From Antedon mediterranea (lineage: Eukaryota; Animalia; Echinodermata): DNA of 64,000 nucleotides. The DNA lies in NCBI RefSeq assembly GCF_964355755.1, contig NC_092670.1:22492795-22556794 (forward strand), written 5' to 3'. Made by a program: the position numbers and the translations under genes. The notes under the pieces were generated by a model that searched no databases, was not told where the DNA came from, and saw nothing but the letters and a program-made list of their open reading frames with translations. Below are positions 63,101 through 64,000 of this stretch, in pieces (within the stretch, counting starts at the first letter, position 1; the number at the start of each line of letters is the position of its first letter).

Positions 63101-63994
63101 GCAGTGGCTGATGTCAATATGTGTATCACTTACTCAAGATATTCTGGTTTCACAGCCAATTAAGGTAAATTGATTTAGGAGTTATAAGAATTCTCCTGTC
63201 TAGTAGCAGTAAAGGAGGAGGCTTCATCCCTCAAAACTATGACAGAACCCTATTCAGGAGACACATCTATTATCCTTGAAATGATTGAGGGGAATGACAG
63301 TAGAGTCCTACTTTAGGACACCCTATTCAGGACACTTTTCTGTTGATTTTTTAACACCTATTAAGGGACATCCTATTCAGGATACACCTCTATTCTAAAG
63401 TGTTCTCTGAAACAAAAAAAGGGGAATTGCAGCAGAGCCCAGCTTCTAAAAGAATTTGTTGTGTCTAGGGTGGTTGCAATATAGAGGTTCTACTGTAAGT
63501 AACACACAACCCAGCTCTTCACTGCAGCTTCTGATCAATAGACAGGTGGACCAATTTTAATGTGGTAAATTATTATTATTTTTTTTTTTTTTTAAACTAG
63601 TTTTACCTTTTATACATAATGTATTTATATATTTTTATCAAATTTTGTAAAATACTACTTTTCAGCCTTTTGGCTGCCGTTGTATTTTGATGTCTTTTTA
63701 TGAATAAATATACCTAAATGAATAGATTACTACTTGAACTTTTTATTCTAGTAATTATTTGTCTTTTCATAAAATTCAGGTAATATTTCTGGCGACTTTC
63801 TATTCACTTGTGATCAAAAGTCCAGATAAAGATGAAGATGGCCCATCACCAGAGCTAAAGACAGATGAGGAATGGCTGCATGAACAGAAGCAGGACGGCA
63901 AAGGAGACAAGAAAGTTATAAATGACAGTGATGAAGCATTAAATAATGCATTACCGCCTGACTCTGATGAGATTGAAGAGTTGAAAAAAGAAAG
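27113..63994 (+). CDS. Polycystin-1/REJ-family receptor (PKD1-like), 3' end outside window
   Basis: 41 phase-compatible exons: 27113-27185 (signal peptide); 28164-28292, 32122-32241, 33204-33314 (EGF x3); 33688-33793, 34090-34431 (WSC-like); 38796-39019, 39301-39467, 40135-40705, 41744-42039 (PKD, YSWDFGNG), 42451-42586, 42982-43119; 43492-49000 (9 exons, FA58C x4); 49169-52153 (PKD repeats and REJ start); 52381-59481 (14 exons, REJ/GAIN); 60827-60992, 61365-61670 (GPS, TM1); 61959-62333 (PLAT); 62424-63164 (RSTFTRCQRATCCLSLL, TMs); 63780-63994. Confidence 0.92.
27255..27590 (+). mobile_element. Degenerate non-LTR retrotransposon 3' fragment (RTE-X-like)
   Basis: LYCCTLW...LEVCYNNSLRMLLGLHKDCGAS resembles the post-RT C-terminal motif of such LINEs. 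Confidence 0.5.
28385..29330. mobile_element. Non-autonomous DNA transposon (hAT-like ends)
   Basis: Ends cagaggcggacg..aagggggtttccc and ggaaaaccccctt...cgaccgcccctg; interior shared with 2146-2433; no clean 8-bp TSD. Confidence 0.5.
29858..31190 (-). mobile_element. Degenerate CR1/L2-superfamily LINE (RT C-terminal half and 3' UTR)
   Basis: Minus strand encodes FADDCILY, SDLSW, RTLGLLKRNLSNC..ETKVVAYK, LEYCQTIWDPH, IQRQAARFV, SSVTNMITQLNWDSLE, with frameshifts. Confidence 0.85.
31238..31889. mobile_element. Kolobok-like non-autonomous DNA transposon
   Basis: TTAA|AGACCCC left end and GGGGTCT right end; right TSD not intact. Confidence 0.4.
34477..36386. repeat. ~1.9-kb near-perfect palindrome (foldback element) with nested terminal hairpins
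   Basis: 34477-35421 is the reverse complement of 35435-36386 with scattered substitutions and small indels; ~13-nt AT loop; each outer ~200 bp is itself a hairpin. Confidence 0.95.
36395..37973 (+). mobile_element. Non-autonomous Helentron (DINE-1/HINE-like) containing a nested second element
   Basis: Subterminal IR tacctccgcc(aaggagg) ... ggcggaggta, (TTTG)n microsatellite, 3' hairpin ctctcggag and CTAG-TT end. Confidence 0.8.
36454..37337 (+). mobile_element. Nested Helentron-like element of a related family
   Basis: Own subterminal IR tacttggcaaaa / ttttgccaagta and 3' hairpin cactcag-ttt-ctgagtg; inserted in the host TTTG tract. Confidence 0.7.
38150..38583. mobile_element. hAT-like non-autonomous DNA transposon fragment
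   Basis: GC-rich island ending gcgccactg with gggcccc motifs; related to 5185-5297; left boundary uncertain. Confidence 0.45.
39485..39800. repeat. ~20-bp degenerate minisatellite
   Basis: About 14 units of atgctcagaaacctgtgaga. Confidence 0.85.
40970..41533 (+). mobile_element. Non-autonomous Helentron (same family as 36395-37973)
   Basis: ttattacctccgccaaggagg...(GT)n...taggcggaggtttgtactctcggagtaacctctagttttt. Confidence 0.8.
43492..49000 (+). other. Four tandem coagulation factor 5/8 (discoidin/FA58C) domains within the polycystin gene
   Basis: C..PLG...I.D.Q..ASS, W, EPWIEVDL...VTGIITQG, and LRFELLGC / VRFDLLGC / IRMEWLGC / LEFVLYGC ends; shared intron positions. Confidence 0.88.
45002..45215. 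repeat. Short tandem/inverted composite repeat
   Basis: Repeated aagtcatgtgatcct.agat..agc.tc.agttt blocks with hairpin gatcacatgact-acagta-agtcatgtgatc. Confidence 0.65.
53065..53920. repeat. CCAAT-containing ~28-bp minisatellite
   Basis: Units ttctcaaccaatcagcaactatcacacac with an optional ttctctcacac spacer; roughly 25 copies. Confidence 0.92.
56331..56473. mobile_element. MITE (Tourist-like family copy) at a splice donor
   Basis: ATG|gtaaagctctgtc...atagtgtagacagagcc. Confidence 0.72.
57071..57210. mobile_element. MITE (Tourist-like family copy)
   Basis: agctctgactagactatcaaact...gtttgatagtgtagacagagcttta. Confidence 0.75.
57640..57870 (+). mobile_element. tRNA-derived SINE
   Basis: B-box-like ccgggttcaactcc, central ctcagctgtaaattagtacctgg block, tail gggaccttta. 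Confidence 0.55.
59490..60770. repeat. 63-bp tandem array, ~20 homogeneous copies
   Basis: Unit acacatatcgcactcactgtgggatgtcataccacattgttaggttgagatagggtgaatgtc; fills most of intron 59482-60826. Confidence 0.97.
61155..61290 (-). mobile_element. Degenerate tRNA-derived SINE
   Basis: Reverse strand begins agtggttaacatgctttccttccaatctcaaggtccggggtt (A-box/anticodon/B-box-like); a similar head lies at ~39830-39890. Confidence 0.4.
61959..62333 (+). other. PLAT/LH2 domain exon of the polycystin gene
   Basis: YEVTFFTG...GSGTTANVFFILNG...LRIWHDNSG...WFLSRVLIKD...YFMIDRW. Confidence 0.95.
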
Positions 63995-64000
63995 GTAACT

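Overview
AT-rich, intron-rich animal genomic DNA (an invertebrate; a REJ/polycystin gene and the repeat landscape suggest an echinoderm-like deuterostome, which is inference only). In order: two tandem Helitron/Helentron-like elements; an NHL-repeat pseudogene fragment; LCMT1 (+, first coding exon apparently damaged); single-exon GPANK1 (+); an 8-exon gene for an uncharacterised ~637-aa secreted protein whose motif order resembles class II terpene cyclase beta-domains (+); a tandem duplicate of the GPANK1 plus secreted-gene block with both copies pseudogenised; a complete 11-exon B3GNTL1/QTGAL (-); and, divergently, a 41+-exon polycystin-1/REJ-family gene (EGF x3, WSC-like, PKD, FA58C x4, REJ, GAIN/GPS, PLAT, TMs) running off the window end. 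Most notable: (i) the DxDD-bearing secreted terpene-cyclase-like protein; (ii) a minisatellite made of that gene's own 3' splice site, giving 13 competing acceptors; (iii) a polycystin GPS whose HL|T autoproteolysis site is replaced by a loop with an RRRR furin-type site; (iv) a ~1.9-kb nested palindrome. All exon structures were read by eye; no database search was run.
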